From assembly GCA_965206595.1 (NCBI GenBank), contig OZ242214.1, positions 5,120,001 through 5,184,000 on the forward strand: a DNA stretch of 64,000 bases. Direction: 5' to 3'. A program made the translations under genes and the position numbers. Below, piece by piece: positions 29,446-38,653 of this stretch (positions are counted from its first letter, which is position 1; the number at the start of each line of letters is the position of its first letter). The notes below the pieces were generated by a model. That model did not search any database. It saw only the letters and a program-made list of their open reading frames with translations, and was not told the origin of the DNA. This DNA comes from Candidatus Latescibacterota bacterium (GTDB lineage Bacteria; Latescibacterota; UBA2968; UBA8231).

Positions 29446-30554
29446 GCCCCTATCGCGTCGCCATCATCGGCACCGGCCGCGTCGGTTTCCAGTTCAGCTT
29501 CGGCGATCTTCCCGACAATCACGCCGAGGCGGTCGCCCTGCACCCCCGCTGCGAGCTCGCGGCGGGGGTCAACAGGGGCCGCGAAAAACTGGAAGCGTTC
29601 GGCGACCGCTTCGGCCTCTCCGCCCTCTTCCACGACTACGAAGAGATGTTGGACCAGGTCGATCCCCACATCTGCATCGTCGCCACGCACCCGGAACTAC
29701 ACTGTGAAATGGTCGCCGCCTGCGCCGCGGCGCCGGCGACCAGGGCGGTGATCTGCGAGAAGCCGATGGCCCTTTCCCTGGGAGAGTGCGACCGCATGAT
29801 CGCCGCCTGCGAAGAGAACGATACCCTGCTGCAGATCAACCACAACCGCCGCTGGTCTCCAGAGTGGAACCTGGCCCACAGCTTGGTTCGACAAGGGGCC
29901 ATCGGAGAGCTCAACGCCATCTACTGCTACATGGATGGCTGCAAACCGACCCCCTCCTGGCGTAGCGACAACGAAGGCCCGCTGCTGCACGACGTCACCC
30001 ATTACTTCGACTTGATGGACCTGTTCGCCGGTGAGGTCGACTGGTTGTGCGGCATGGCCGAGCAGCGGCGGCGGTCCTGGGCGGTCGAGGACTTCACTGG
30101 TGCCTTCCTGAAATTCCGCAACGGCGCTACTGCTGTCTTTCAGGCCTCCGAGCTCACCGAGTACAGCGACAACGCCTTCGAGCTGCGGGGGTCGACCGGA
30201 GTCATTCGCATGATCTCCGAACGCGTGCAACTGTACCAGGCAGCGCCTGGGGATTACGAGCCGGACAGCGGCTTTCGGTGGAGTGCGCTACAACCCGCCG
30301 ACATCGGGCACCCGGAGCCGGCATCGAGCTATTCCGTGGCTTTGGACGAGCTGCTGGGGGCTCTCGATGCCGGAGGTTCGCTGCGAAGCGACGGCTTTGT
30401 CGGCAGACGCTCTCTCGAGATGGTGATGGCGATCTACGAGTCGCAGCTTGCCGGCAACCGACCGGTCCGGTTCCCGGTCGCCGAGGCAGAATCGGGAGTG
30501 GAGCGGCTTCGCGCCACCGGGTGGTTCGCGCCTCGAACCGATTCTGATTCCTGA
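29442..30554 (+). CDS. Gfo/Idh/MocA family oxidoreductase
   Basis: VAIIGTGRVG, CEKPMA, INHNRRW, THYFD. Confidence 0.88.
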   Translation: MSPYRVAIIGTGRVGFQFSFGDLPDNHAEAVALHPRCELAAGVNRGREKLEAFGDRFGLSALFHDYEEMLDQVDPHICIVATHPELHCEMVAACAAAPATRAVICEKPMALSLGECDRMIAACEENDTLLQINHNRRWSPEWNLAHSLVRQGAIGELNAIYCYMDGCKPTPSWRSDNEGPLLHDVTHYFDLMDLFAGEVDWLCGMAEQRRRSWAVEDFTGAFLKFRNGATAVFQASELTEYSDNAFELRGSTGVIRMISERVQLYQAAPGDYEPDSGFRWSALQPADIGHPEPASSYSVALDELLGALDAGGSLRSDGFVGRRSLEMVMAIYESQLAGNRPVRFPVAEAESGVERLRATGWFAPRTDSDS

Positions 30555-30924
30555 TCCGGTCCAGCGACGGTCGGATACAGCCTTCTGCCCTCGACCTGTC
30601 CTGATACCCCCTGGGGCCACCCCTTCGTCGCACCCCCCCGAAAGCCGTTCCCGAGGCTGGTTATCGGCAGACTCCTCCTTCAGGACGATTGACAGCTTGT
30701 TCGAAGGATGCCCGCAGCCAAGTCCAGAAATGGCGGTGAAAGCAACGCGAGGCAGAATCGATAGATCCGGGAAAGTGCGCAAAGCCTGATTTGCGGCAAG
30801 GGATTGCCGTAGTCCAGCCGGACAACGGCCTCTCAGCCCCTTTCTCCAGTCCTCCGGTAAAGACTGGTTTTGCAGGCATGGTTCCGGCTCCATCCGTGCT
30901 ACATACCGTGCAAACGCCTGGTAA

Positions 30925-31929
30925 TCAAGAGGCAAGGAATTCGGAACCTTCGGCTATGGGCGATGGGCGCGCGGCCCATCGCGTCGCAACGACGGCGTCG
31001 ATAAAAATCTGTCCGAGGTGGAAAGTGATGCACGGAATCGCCACCAGCCCCTTTACGTCGCTCGCCAGTACTTCTTCGGGGATGAGTGCCAGAACCGTCA
31101 TCGCCACGGGCAATGTTTTCTGGCTGGCGAGCAGCACCACCGCCTTGCGGGCGGCGGCCTCTACTCCCAGGGATCTGCAGACGGCGGCATTCAGAACCAG
31201 GTAAAGAGTGTGGATCGCCAGTCCGGCCGCTATGAGGACGACGAGGCTTAGAAAGGCGACCTGAGCCAGCGCCGCGGAGGACTCGCTGAACTTCATCCAG
31301 GGAACCGATATCAGGGCGAGGTTGCTGATCGACGTGATCCGGGACCGGTGCCTGCCAACCCACTCGGCGACAAACCGGCGCGCGTAACGGCCGGCCGAAA
31401 GGGGCAACAGGATTGTCAGGCAAAGCTTGACCAGCAGATCGACCGCCGTCAGCTCCACCTGTCCGACTGTCCCCAGAAGGTGGGCGAGCACGAACGGCAC
31501 CGTGAAAATTCCCAGAAGGTTGGTCGCCACGGTCAGCAGCAGCGCCAGGGCTACATTGCCGCGCGCCTGCTGCGTCAGTGCAATCCCGGACGACAAGGTG
31601 GTCGGCATGCAGCAGAAAAGGGCCAATCCGAGCTGGAAGTCTGCCTCGACAGGTACCTGGAAGGCGAGGACGACTCCGATTGCGGGGGTGACGAAAAGAA
31701 TCGATACAATGCCCCAACCCGATGCACGCCACGATGAGAAGGCGGCGCGGATATCGTCGGTCCGCAGCAGCAACCCCGAGCAGAAGAAAATGATGCTCAC
31801 GGCGACGTACTGGGTGGGCAGGGTGCCCATGAATCTTCCTGGTTCCGGCCATGCCAGTCCGACTGCCGCCGCACACAGCAAGCCGGCAGGCAACATCTGG
31901 CGCTTCAGAAACGACAGAATTTCTCGCAT
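30925..31929 (-). CDS. Bile acid:sodium symporter (SBF-like) family transporter
   Basis: Many TM helices; PTTLSSGIALTQQARGN, NLLGIFTVP, SQKTLP; start taken at Met43 of the ORF. Confidence 0.85.
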   Translation of the reverse strand: MREILSFLKRQMLPAGLLCAAAVGLAWPEPGRFMGTLPTQYVAVSIIFFCSGLLLRTDDIRAAFSSWRASGWGIVSILFVTPAIGVVLAFQVPVEADFQLGLALFCCMPTTLSSGIALTQQARGNVALALLLTVATNLLGIFTVPFVLAHLLGTVGQVELTAVDLLVKLCLTILLPLSAGRYARRFVAEWVGRHRSRITSISNLALISVPWMKFSESSAALAQVAFLSLVVLIAAGLAIHTLYLVLNAAVCRSLGVEAAARKAVVLLASQKTLPVAMTVLALIPEEVLASDVKGLVAIPCITFHLGQIFIDAVVATRWAARPSPIAEGSEFLAS

Positions 31930-32066
31930 GCAGAGTAGCCGCTGATTCTCACCCACCGCGGCGAAAACGTCCCGGCCCGGCGAAGAACGAAAGAGATCGG
32001 GATTTGGAGCTGTGGTTTGGGAATAAGGGAATCCACCGGTGGAGGCTGATGCCACCGGCTCCGGGG

Positions 32067-32549
32067 CTATCTCTCTTCAACCGGCATCAGGTTGGGCAGT
32101 GCTTGCCGGAACGCTCCGATAAACTCGGTGGCGCGAGGATCGTCGGAGAAGAGAAAGTCCAGAAAACTCAGAAGGCGGTCTCTCGCCTCGGAGCTGATCA
32201 GGTGCTCGACCTTGCATGCGTCGATTTGGGCGTCATCCTCGTCCATTCCCAGACCTCGATTCAGGAATTTCTGCACGACCTGTCGGGAGGCTTCCGTCTT
32301 CGAAACCACGTCCATGCCCTTTCCCGTCAGTTCGAGGAAACGGTTGTGATCCTCGGCAACGTATCCTCTCTCCTTGAGATGCTTCATCGCCGTCGACACA
32401 CTGCCCTTGGTGATTTTCAGGTACTGGGCGATGTCGGAGACCCGGGCGTAGCCGTGCTCCTCCCGCAGCTCGTGAACCGCCATCAAATGGTGGGCGGCGC
32501 TGTGGGTAAGCTCGTTCTCCTCGTATCTCTTCCAGAAGTCTTCGAACAT
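32067..32549 (-). CDS. DtxR/MntR family metal-dependent repressor
   Basis: ARVSDIAQYLKITKGSVS HTH, LTGKG, DACKVEH. Confidence 0.88.
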   Translation of the reverse strand: MFEDFWKRYEENELTHSAAHHLMAVHELREEHGYARVSDIAQYLKITKGSVSTAMKHLKERGYVAEDHNRFLELTGKGMDVVSKTEASRQVVQKFLNRGLGMDEDDAQIDACKVEHLISSEARDRLLSFLDFLFSDDPRATEFIGAFRQALPNLMPVEER

Positions 32550-32587
32550 CAGATCACCGCCTGGTCCATGCGCGAGCTACTGCGCCC

Positions 32588-33592
32588 TCATTGAATCGCC
32601 GCCAATCGCAACATCAGGTCTGCACATCGGTTGGCGTATCCCCATTCGTTGTCGTACCAACCAAGCGCCTTCACGAGAGTGCCGCCGACAACGGTGGTGG
32701 ACATTGCGTCGAATATACAGGATGCGGGATTGCCGATGATATCCGTCAAAACAAGCGGTTCCTCGGAATACTCGAGGTATTCCTTCAACGCCCCGGACGC
32801 GGCGGCGCGGAATGCCTCGTTTACTTCAGATACCGAGGTCGCCCGTTCGACGACGGCTGTAAAGTCCGTCAACGAACCGTCAGGCGTTGGAACCCGGATG
32901 GAAAGACCGTCCAGCTTGCCTCTCAATTCCGGTATAACCAGTCCTACCGCCGCCGCGGCCCCGGTGGTTGTCGGAATCATGTTGACTCCCGCCCCGCGTG
33001 CCCGGCGCAGGTCTTTGTGGGGCTGATCGAGCACACACTGGTCGTTGGTGTACGAGTGGATCGTATTCATTGTTCCACAGGTAACACCGAAGCGCTCGTG
33101 AAGAACCTTGACCATCGGCGCCAGGCAATTGGTCGTGCAGGAGGCGTTCGACACCACCCGGTGATCGGGGGAGAGATCTGCATCGTTGACCCCAAGCACG
33201 ATCACCGCGTCGGCGTTCCTGGCCGGCGCCGATATGACGACCTTGCCCGCTCCTGCTTGCAAGTGAGCTGCCGCCTTGTCGCGGTTGTTGAAACGCCCCG
33301 TCGACTCGAAGGCGATATCTATTCCCTGCGCTCCCCAAGGCAGCCTTGCGGGCTGGGGTTCGCTCAGCACATCGATTCCCCTCCCGTTGACCACGAGGGT
33401 TTGACCCTCGGCGTAAACCTCTCCCGGGAAGCGTCCGTGGGTGGAATCGTATTTCAGCAGGTAGGCCAGGGTTTCGGGGTCGGCGAGATCATTGATGGCG
33501 CAGACCTCGAGCCCGCGACGGGCAAAGGCGGCTTTGAGAACCAAGCGGCCGATACGGCCAAAGCCATTGATGGCGATTCGAGTTTTTTTCAT
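32588..33592 (-). CDS. gap: Type I glyceraldehyde-3-phosphate dehydrogenase
   Basis: IAINGFGRIGR, SNASCTTNCLAP, WYDNEWGY. Confidence 0.97.
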   Translation of the reverse strand: MKKTRIAINGFGRIGRLVLKAAFARRGLEVCAINDLADPETLAYLLKYDSTHGRFPGEVYAEGQTLVVNGRGIDVLSEPQPARLPWGAQGIDIAFESTGRFNNRDKAAAHLQAGAGKVVISAPARNADAVIVLGVNDADLSPDHRVVSNASCTTNCLAPMVKVLHERFGVTCGTMNTIHSYTNDQCVLDQPHKDLRRARGAGVNMIPTTTGAAAAVGLVIPELRGKLDGLSIRVPTPDGSLTDFTAVVERATSVSEVNEAFRAAASGALKEYLEYSEEPLVLTDIIGNPASCIFDAMSTTVVGGTLVKALGWYDNEWGYANRCADLMLRLAAIQ

Positions 33593-33856
33593 TGACGCAA
33601 AAAGAAAAATCCGACGGCGCGAAAAAGGGGCTCGCCGTGCCGCACTCCATGATGGAGTTTTATTTCTCGGAGGGAACCTGGGGGGCGGGGGAGTCGCCTG
33701 TCGGTGCGCGGTTCTGATTTGTGTAGAGTATATCCTAACGATAGCGCCGAAACCCGGCAACCCGACTCGAGGATGCTAGTAGCGATTGGCACGCTACCGT
33801 CCCAGTTTCTATCTTGTCGCTCTCATATCGTCACACTAAAGTTTTAACTCGACACA

Positions 33857-34681
33857 ATGGGTTTCGATTCCACCCACATTAACCAGTTCCGCAACCACGG
33901 ATACACCTCGCTGCCGCAGCTGTTCACCGACGACGAAATAATGATCCTGCAGCGGGAAGTCGAGCGTTTCCGGCAACTCGGTCTCGGCCGCAATGTTCGC
34001 ACCGAGGGAGACGGAGAAACCCACTCGCAGGGGAAGAGCAGCTACCAGGTCATTCCACTGTACGACAAGAGCGACCTGATCCGAGCCTTGCCTTTCGAAC
34101 CCAAGGTGCTCGAGCTGATCACGCAGTTGATCGGCGATCCCTTCCTCCTTCATCTCGATCAGCTCTTTCTGAAACCGGCCGGGCGCGGCACTGGAACCGA
34201 CTGGCATCAGGACAACGCCTACTTCAAGATCGCTGACCCGACGAAAGGAGTGGCGATGTGGGTGGCCGTCCACGATGCCACCATCGCCAACGGAACGCTG
34301 CATGTCATACCCGGCAGCTTCCGCGAGCAGTACGACCATAATCGCGACCCGTACAGCGATCACCACATCCACTGCCGCCCGCCAGAGGAGAAAGCTGTAG
34401 CGATCGAGGTACCTGCAGGAGGAGCGGCTTTTTTTTGTTATGGCTGCGCTCATTGCACGAAAGACAACACCACGAACCGGGAACGGGCCGGTATCGCCTT
34501 CCACTTTCTGAACGCCGATTTCGCTTCCCCCGATCTCCTGTCAGGAGAGCGCTCCCGCCCCTTCCTTACCGGTCCCCGGGCGACAGGTGGGGTTAGAGAG
34601 TACGGCGTGACCGTGGCCGGTACCTGGTCGGCCGAAATGGCGCGCGTTTTGTCCCCCCCTGCCCATCCCCGGACTGCGTGA
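33857..34681 (+). CDS. PhyH family dioxygenase
   Basis: DQLFLKP, WHQDNAYF, MWVAVHDATIANGTLHVIPGS. Confidence 0.9.
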   Translation: MGFDSTHINQFRNHGYTSLPQLFTDDEIMILQREVERFRQLGLGRNVRTEGDGETHSQGKSSYQVIPLYDKSDLIRALPFEPKVLELITQLIGDPFLLHLDQLFLKPAGRGTGTDWHQDNAYFKIADPTKGVAMWVAVHDATIANGTLHVIPGSFREQYDHNRDPYSDHHIHCRPPEEKAVAIEVPAGGAAFFCYGCAHCTKDNTTNRERAGIAFHFLNADFASPDLLSGERSRPFLTGPRATGGVREYGVTVAGTWSAEMARVLSPPAHPRTA

Positions 34682-35757
34682 AGTTCATGAGGCGCTTCTC
34701 TCCCGACGCCCTTCACAGGATCGGTTGCGAACTGTTTCAGGCTGCGGGCTCCTCCGCCGAAGACGCCGAGACCGTCGTCGATCACCTGGTCGAGTCGAAC
34801 CTGTTCGGCCAGGACGCCCACGGAACGCTGCGCTACTACGAGTACGTGGAAAAAATCCTTGAGGGGACCTTCGACCCGAAGGGAAAGCCGACCATTCTGC
34901 AGGACAGGGGGTGTACCGCCCTGATCGACGGAGGGGGCGGATTTGGCCAGGTTAGCGGGCGATTCGCTATCGAGGTGGCAACCGCCAAGGCCCGCAAGCA
35001 CGGCGTCGGCGTCGTCGGACTGCGAAACACCAGTCACGTCGGCCGCGCGGGAGCCTACCCGCTGGCTGCTGCACGTGCTGGATTCGTAGCCCTGGTGTTC
35101 GTCAACGCCGGTCGTCTCGGTCGCCAGATCACCCCTTTCGGGGGTATCGACGGCAAGCTGAGCACCAACCCGATCGCCTTCGCGGCGCCTCGCCCGCACG
35201 GCGAACCGATTCTCGTCGACATGACCACCTCCGTCGTTGCCGAGGGAAAAATTCGCCTGGCCCAGAACAAAGGGGAGCAGGTACCGGAGGGCTGGATCAT
35301 CGACAGTGAAGGAAACCCGACCACCGACCCCAACGATTTCCTCGGTGATCCTCCGGGTGCCATGCTTCCTCTGGGCGGACCGGTCGGTTACAAAGGGTAC
35401 GGCCTGGGACTCATCGTCGAGCTGATGGGCGGACTGTTGGGAGGAGAGGGCACGGCGTCGGGTGAGCGCAGCTTCAAAAGCAACGGCATGCTCTTCACCG
35501 CCTACGACCCCGGTTTCTTCGCCGACGAGGCAACCTACGATCGGGAAATCGAGAGCCTCATACGGCACGTGACTTCGAGCAGGCCGGACCCGCGCTTCGG
35601 CGAAGTGCTGCTACCCGGGGAACTGGAGTTTCGCACCGCGGCGCAACGACGCAGGGAAGGCATCGCCGTCGACGACGGCACCTGGCAGCGTATCGTCGAT
35701 GCCGCCCGGCGGGTCGGTCTCGACCCGGAGAAGTGGGAAGCGGACGTTCTCTCCTGA
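34678..35757 (+). CDS. Type-2 malate/L-lactate dehydrogenase (Ldh_2) family oxidoreductase
   Basis: G..AHG, SHVGRAG, STNPIAF, VDMTTS, YKGYGL, LLPGELE. Confidence 0.88.
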   Translation: MKFMRRFSPDALHRIGCELFQAAGSSAEDAETVVDHLVESNLFGQDAHGTLRYYEYVEKILEGTFDPKGKPTILQDRGCTALIDGGGGFGQVSGRFAIEVATAKARKHGVGVVGLRNTSHVGRAGAYPLAAARAGFVALVFVNAGRLGRQITPFGGIDGKLSTNPIAFAAPRPHGEPILVDMTTSVVAEGKIRLAQNKGEQVPEGWIIDSEGNPTTDPNDFLGDPPGAMLPLGGPVGYKGYGLGLIVELMGGLLGGEGTASGERSFKSNGMLFTAYDPGFFADEATYDREIESLIRHVTSSRPDPRFGEVLLPGELEFRTAAQRRREGIAVDDGTWQRIVDAARRVGLDPEKWEADVLS

Positions 35758-35852
35758 CAGCACCAATGCTCGGGGAGTGTCGCTGAGGTCGTTCTTGCCT
35801 GTCGCTGAAGACTGTTCGACCCTCTTCAGGTACTCTGCATGCCTCGATTGAG

Positions 35853-35882
35853 GCTGGCGGTTACCTACTCGTAACCGCCAGC
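35853..35882. terminator. Perfect 12-bp hairpin between the convergent Ldh_2 gene and selC
   Basis: GCTGGCGGTTAC-ctactc-GTAACCGCCAGC; no clear U-tract on either side. Confidence 0.4.
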
Positions 35883-36048
35883 ATTCAGGTCGCGCCGAAT
35901 TCTTTACCGTCGGCCAATCACACTTCAGACCGTGTCCTGAAACAGCAGCCCACCTGCATGAGCGAAGGTTACGTGCCTCGAAGGCCTTTGAAATCAGAGA
36001 GGCTGTAGAAAGAGGAAGATTTCGTACACACAAGCTCGATCAGGGAAA

Positions 36049-36147
36049 TGGCGGGAACGTGTGGGAATCGAACCCACCCGGCGCCGCTTTCGCGACACCG
36101 CTACGGATTTGAAGTCCGCGGGGACCACCAGGCTCCCATCCGCTCCC
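36049..36147 (-). tRNA. selC: tRNA-Sec (anticodon UCA)
   Basis: Anticodon arm GCGGA-CT TCA AA-TCCGT, long variable arm, GTGGG-TTCGATT-CCCAC T-arm, G discriminator with encoded CCA, ~99 nt. Confidence 0.93.
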
Positions 36148-36178
36148 TTCGGAAGTTCAGCAAGCCGGCGTCCAACCG

Positions 36179-36347
36179 CTAGTGTCAACGTCGCAGAGAT
36201 AGATGACAATATTGGGACGCCCTGGCGCCCCGGCTCACAAGGCCCCTGAGCGAGTCGTACCAAGGGTGTACGGCAAGTGAAGGCAACGCCGTGAGCCGGG
36301 ATGGTTCGGCGTCCTAATGGCGACATATTTCTGCGACGCCACACTAG
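36179..36347. mobile_element. 169-bp MITE-like fold-back element or structured RNA
   Basis: CTAG at both ends; imperfect terminal inverted repeats CTAGTGT..CGTCGCAGA.ATA; nested stems ATTGGGACGCC/GGCGTCCTAAT, CCCGGCTCAC/GTGAGCCGGG and GTCGTAC/GTACGGC. Confidence 0.65.
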
Positions 36348-36351
36348 AGCC

Positions 36352-37302
36352 TTAAAGCCGGGTTCCCCTCGCATCCTCCAGTGTTGTCGCCGGGAGCTCT
36401 GGGTACTCGAAAGGCAGGTCCCAGCGCAGGCGCCTTTCCGGTTCTTCACCCAGGTTTTCGATCACCAAATCGAGGTGGCGCGTTTTTTCATCGACGATCG
36501 GACTGCGGCGGTCCGCTTTTCTATTTGGAAAAAACAGACGGAAAACGACCTTGCCATCGAGAACGGGTTTCTTTGGTCTGTCGAACTCGTACGGGTATTG
36601 CCCGGCCTGCCCACTCGGGGCGTAGCGATTGCCCTCTTGATCGACCAGGAAAACGCGACTCCCGATATCGTCTATGCGGGGCGACAGGTCGGACTCGCTG
36701 TTGTCCAAGTAGATGTAGAATACAAAACGGCTGTAGAGCGTCGGGCCCCAGCGCTGGTTGTATCGATGCCGGAGCAAGGGGTACTTGTGGTCGTACACCT
36801 CCCCCAACAACCGTCGCACGTACTCGGCCCGCCAGTTGTCGAACACTTTCTTTTCAATCGGGTTGCTCGCGTCGAACGAGCGATTCACGTAGACGAGGTA
36901 CTGATAATAGAGGCTGTTAATGTCGGTGCCGTCCTGAAACGGATAATGGCCATCCACGTACTGGTAGATGAACTCTCGAAACCGACTCAGGAGCTGTTCC
37001 TGATCGAGGCCATCCTGCTCGGCTTTTGCGTACAAGTTAACGATCTCGTAGGCGAAAGTGCGCATCGTCGCCTGTACGAAGATTCCGTCGCTACCGGTAT
37101 GGCTTCGGTTGACGATTCGCCACACCTGCTGTTCTACCCGCTCGAATGGTCCCGGCTCTTTGTCCGGGGCGCAGGCGACGAAGAGCAGGCACAGAATCGA
37201 CTGCACCGTGCCCAATAGGTATTTCGACTTTGCGCCGGTTCCCGGTGGTGGACTTTTCTTGGAAAGGGAGGGCCGGCCGAAACCCAATTGGACTTTTGTC
37301 AC
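36352..37302 (-). CDS. Hypothetical lipoprotein (true start may be later)
   Basis: Lipobox-like LLFVA-C followed by a soluble aromatic-rich domain; downstream of rplI. Confidence 0.7.
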   Translation of the reverse strand: MTKVQLGFGRPSLSKKSPPPGTGAKSKYLLGTVQSILCLLFVACAPDKEPGPFERVEQQVWRIVNRSHTGSDGIFVQATMRTFAYEIVNLYAKAEQDGLDQEQLLSRFREFIYQYVDGHYPFQDGTDINSLYYQYLVYVNRSFDASNPIEKKVFDNWRAEYVRRLLGEVYDHKYPLLRHRYNQRWGPTLYSRFVFYIYLDNSESDLSPRIDDIGSRVFLVDQEGNRYAPSGQAGQYPYEFDRPKKPVLDGKVVFRLFFPNRKADRRSPIVDEKTRHLDLVIENLGEEPERRLRWDLPFEYPELPATTLEDARGTRL

Positions 37303-37322
37303 GGAAACCGGAAGTGGTGGTG

Positions 37323-37766
37323 CTACTCTTTCACGACCCAGAGCTTGACTGTCGCCGCTACCTCCGGGTGCAGATTCACCTTCACATTGTAGACACCCAA
37401 GGCCCGGATCGGTTCATCGAGCTCGACCATGCGGCGGTCGATCTCGCACCCCAGCTCCCCGAGCAGATCGACGATGTTCTGGGAAGTCACCGATCCGAAC
37501 ATCTGTTCGCCTTCCCCTACCTTGACCTGGGCGGTCAAAGAAGCCTGCTCGAGCTGGTTGGCCAGGCCTGCGGCGCTGCGCTGTTCCCGTTCTGCCGCCG
37601 CTTCGTGCTGGCGTCGCCGGGTTTCGAATTGAGCAACGTTGGCGTCCGTAGCCACTAGCGCCTGGTTTTTGGGAATCAGGTAATTTCGTCCGAATCCATC
37701 ACTGACCTGAACAATCTCGCCGGCAGCACCGACCCGGTCCACGTCCTTGAGAAGTATGACTTTCAC
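37323..37766 (-). CDS. rplI: 50S ribosomal protein bL9
   Basis: MKVILLKDV..GAAGEIVQVSDGFGRNYLIP, MFGSVT, PIRALG. Confidence 0.96.
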   Translation of the reverse strand: MKVILLKDVDRVGAAGEIVQVSDGFGRNYLIPKNQALVATDANVAQFETRRRQHEAAAEREQRSAAGLANQLEQASLTAQVKVGEGEQMFGSVTSQNIVDLLGELGCEIDRRMVELDEPIRALGVYNVKVNLHPEVAATVKLWVVKE

Positions 37767-37767
37767 T

Positions 37768-38604
37768 CTATTCGACCTCCTCCTCTTCCTGCGATTGGCT
37801 ACGCCCGAGGCGGCGCCAATCGAACCATGTATCCATCAATCCCACACCTGCCAGTATCAAACCTGCCCATCCCGTAATAAACGCTACGATGTAAAGGACG
37901 AACTCCAGGGTTCGCGCAACCTGCATTCGCCACAGATAGTAACGCGCCACCGAAAACCCCTGAACAGCGTACAACACGAGAGCCACCACTACGATGTTGA
38001 CCGCCAGTGTATTCAACACCCCAACCCCGGTCAGCAACCACAGTGCCACTCCTCCGACAAGGATCCAGATCATCTGCTCCCAGAGCCGCCATTCGCGCAT
38101 CGGCGGTGGGGCGGGAAGCGCGACAACGCCGGTCAAGAGACCCAACCAGCGGGCCAGTGCATAGCCGAGGACGAGTTTCAGGAGAACGTACAACACCGCG
38201 GCACTTGGTTGCAGAAGGACGAACAGGCGAACCAGGTCGAGCGCGAATCCCTGCGAGGTCAGCGCCGGTAGCCCTGAATCCTTTAACTGCCGCAGTTGCT
38301 CCTCGCCGATCTGGTCGAGCGTCATCTCCTCGCTGTGCAATGCTCCAACCAGGTACAAACCATATAACAAGCCCGGCATGGAAGCGGTTGCGATCACCAG
38401 GCCGTAGGTTCTTCCCCTAGCTGTCTGTGCCGCGGCCAGTACCCCGGCTACCGGGGCGAGGGCGACGACCGGTTCCCATTGCAGAATCCCGGCCATGACT
38501 GCGACCGCCGGCAACGCTGCGGCCACCCCGACGACCGTCAAGCCGAAGCGAAAACAGGCTACCAGCGTCCCCGCCGTCAGTGACAAACTCGCGAGGAACA
38601 GCAC
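37768..38604 (-). CDS. DUF2232/YybS family membrane protein
   Basis: Polytopic membrane protein with QGFSV and GLMDTWFDWRR, in the conserved position upstream of rplI. Confidence 0.82.
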   Translation of the reverse strand: MLFLASLSLTAGTLVACFRFGLTVVGVAAALPAVAVMAGILQWEPVVALAPVAGVLAAAQTARGRTYGLVIATASMPGLLYGLYLVGALHSEEMTLDQIGEEQLRQLKDSGLPALTSQGFALDLVRLFVLLQPSAAVLYVLLKLVLGYALARWLGLLTGVVALPAPPPMREWRLWEQMIWILVGGVALWLLTGVGVLNTLAVNIVVVALVLYAVQGFSVARYYLWRMQVARTLEFVLYIVAFITGWAGLILAGVGLMDTWFDWRRLGRSQSQEEEEVE

Positions 38605-38653
38605 CCGCTATGGACCCTTACTTCCGGAAACGGCTGCGGAGTTGCCGCCTAGC

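Noticed and set aside
30700-30830. RNase P RNA suggested by GAAAGTGCG and GGTGAAA fragments
   Set aside because: The universal GAGGAAAGTCC and CAGAA..CGGCTTA elements are missing and the motif order is wrong
36241-36290. Hammerhead ribozyme core in the fold-back element
   Set aside because: CTGAGCGA..stem..AAGTGAA does not match CUGANGA..GAAA
36179-36347. Confident 6S RNA call
   Set aside because: Length and rod shape fit, but there is no large central bubble and the CTAG-bounded termini favour a MITE; left open for cmscan
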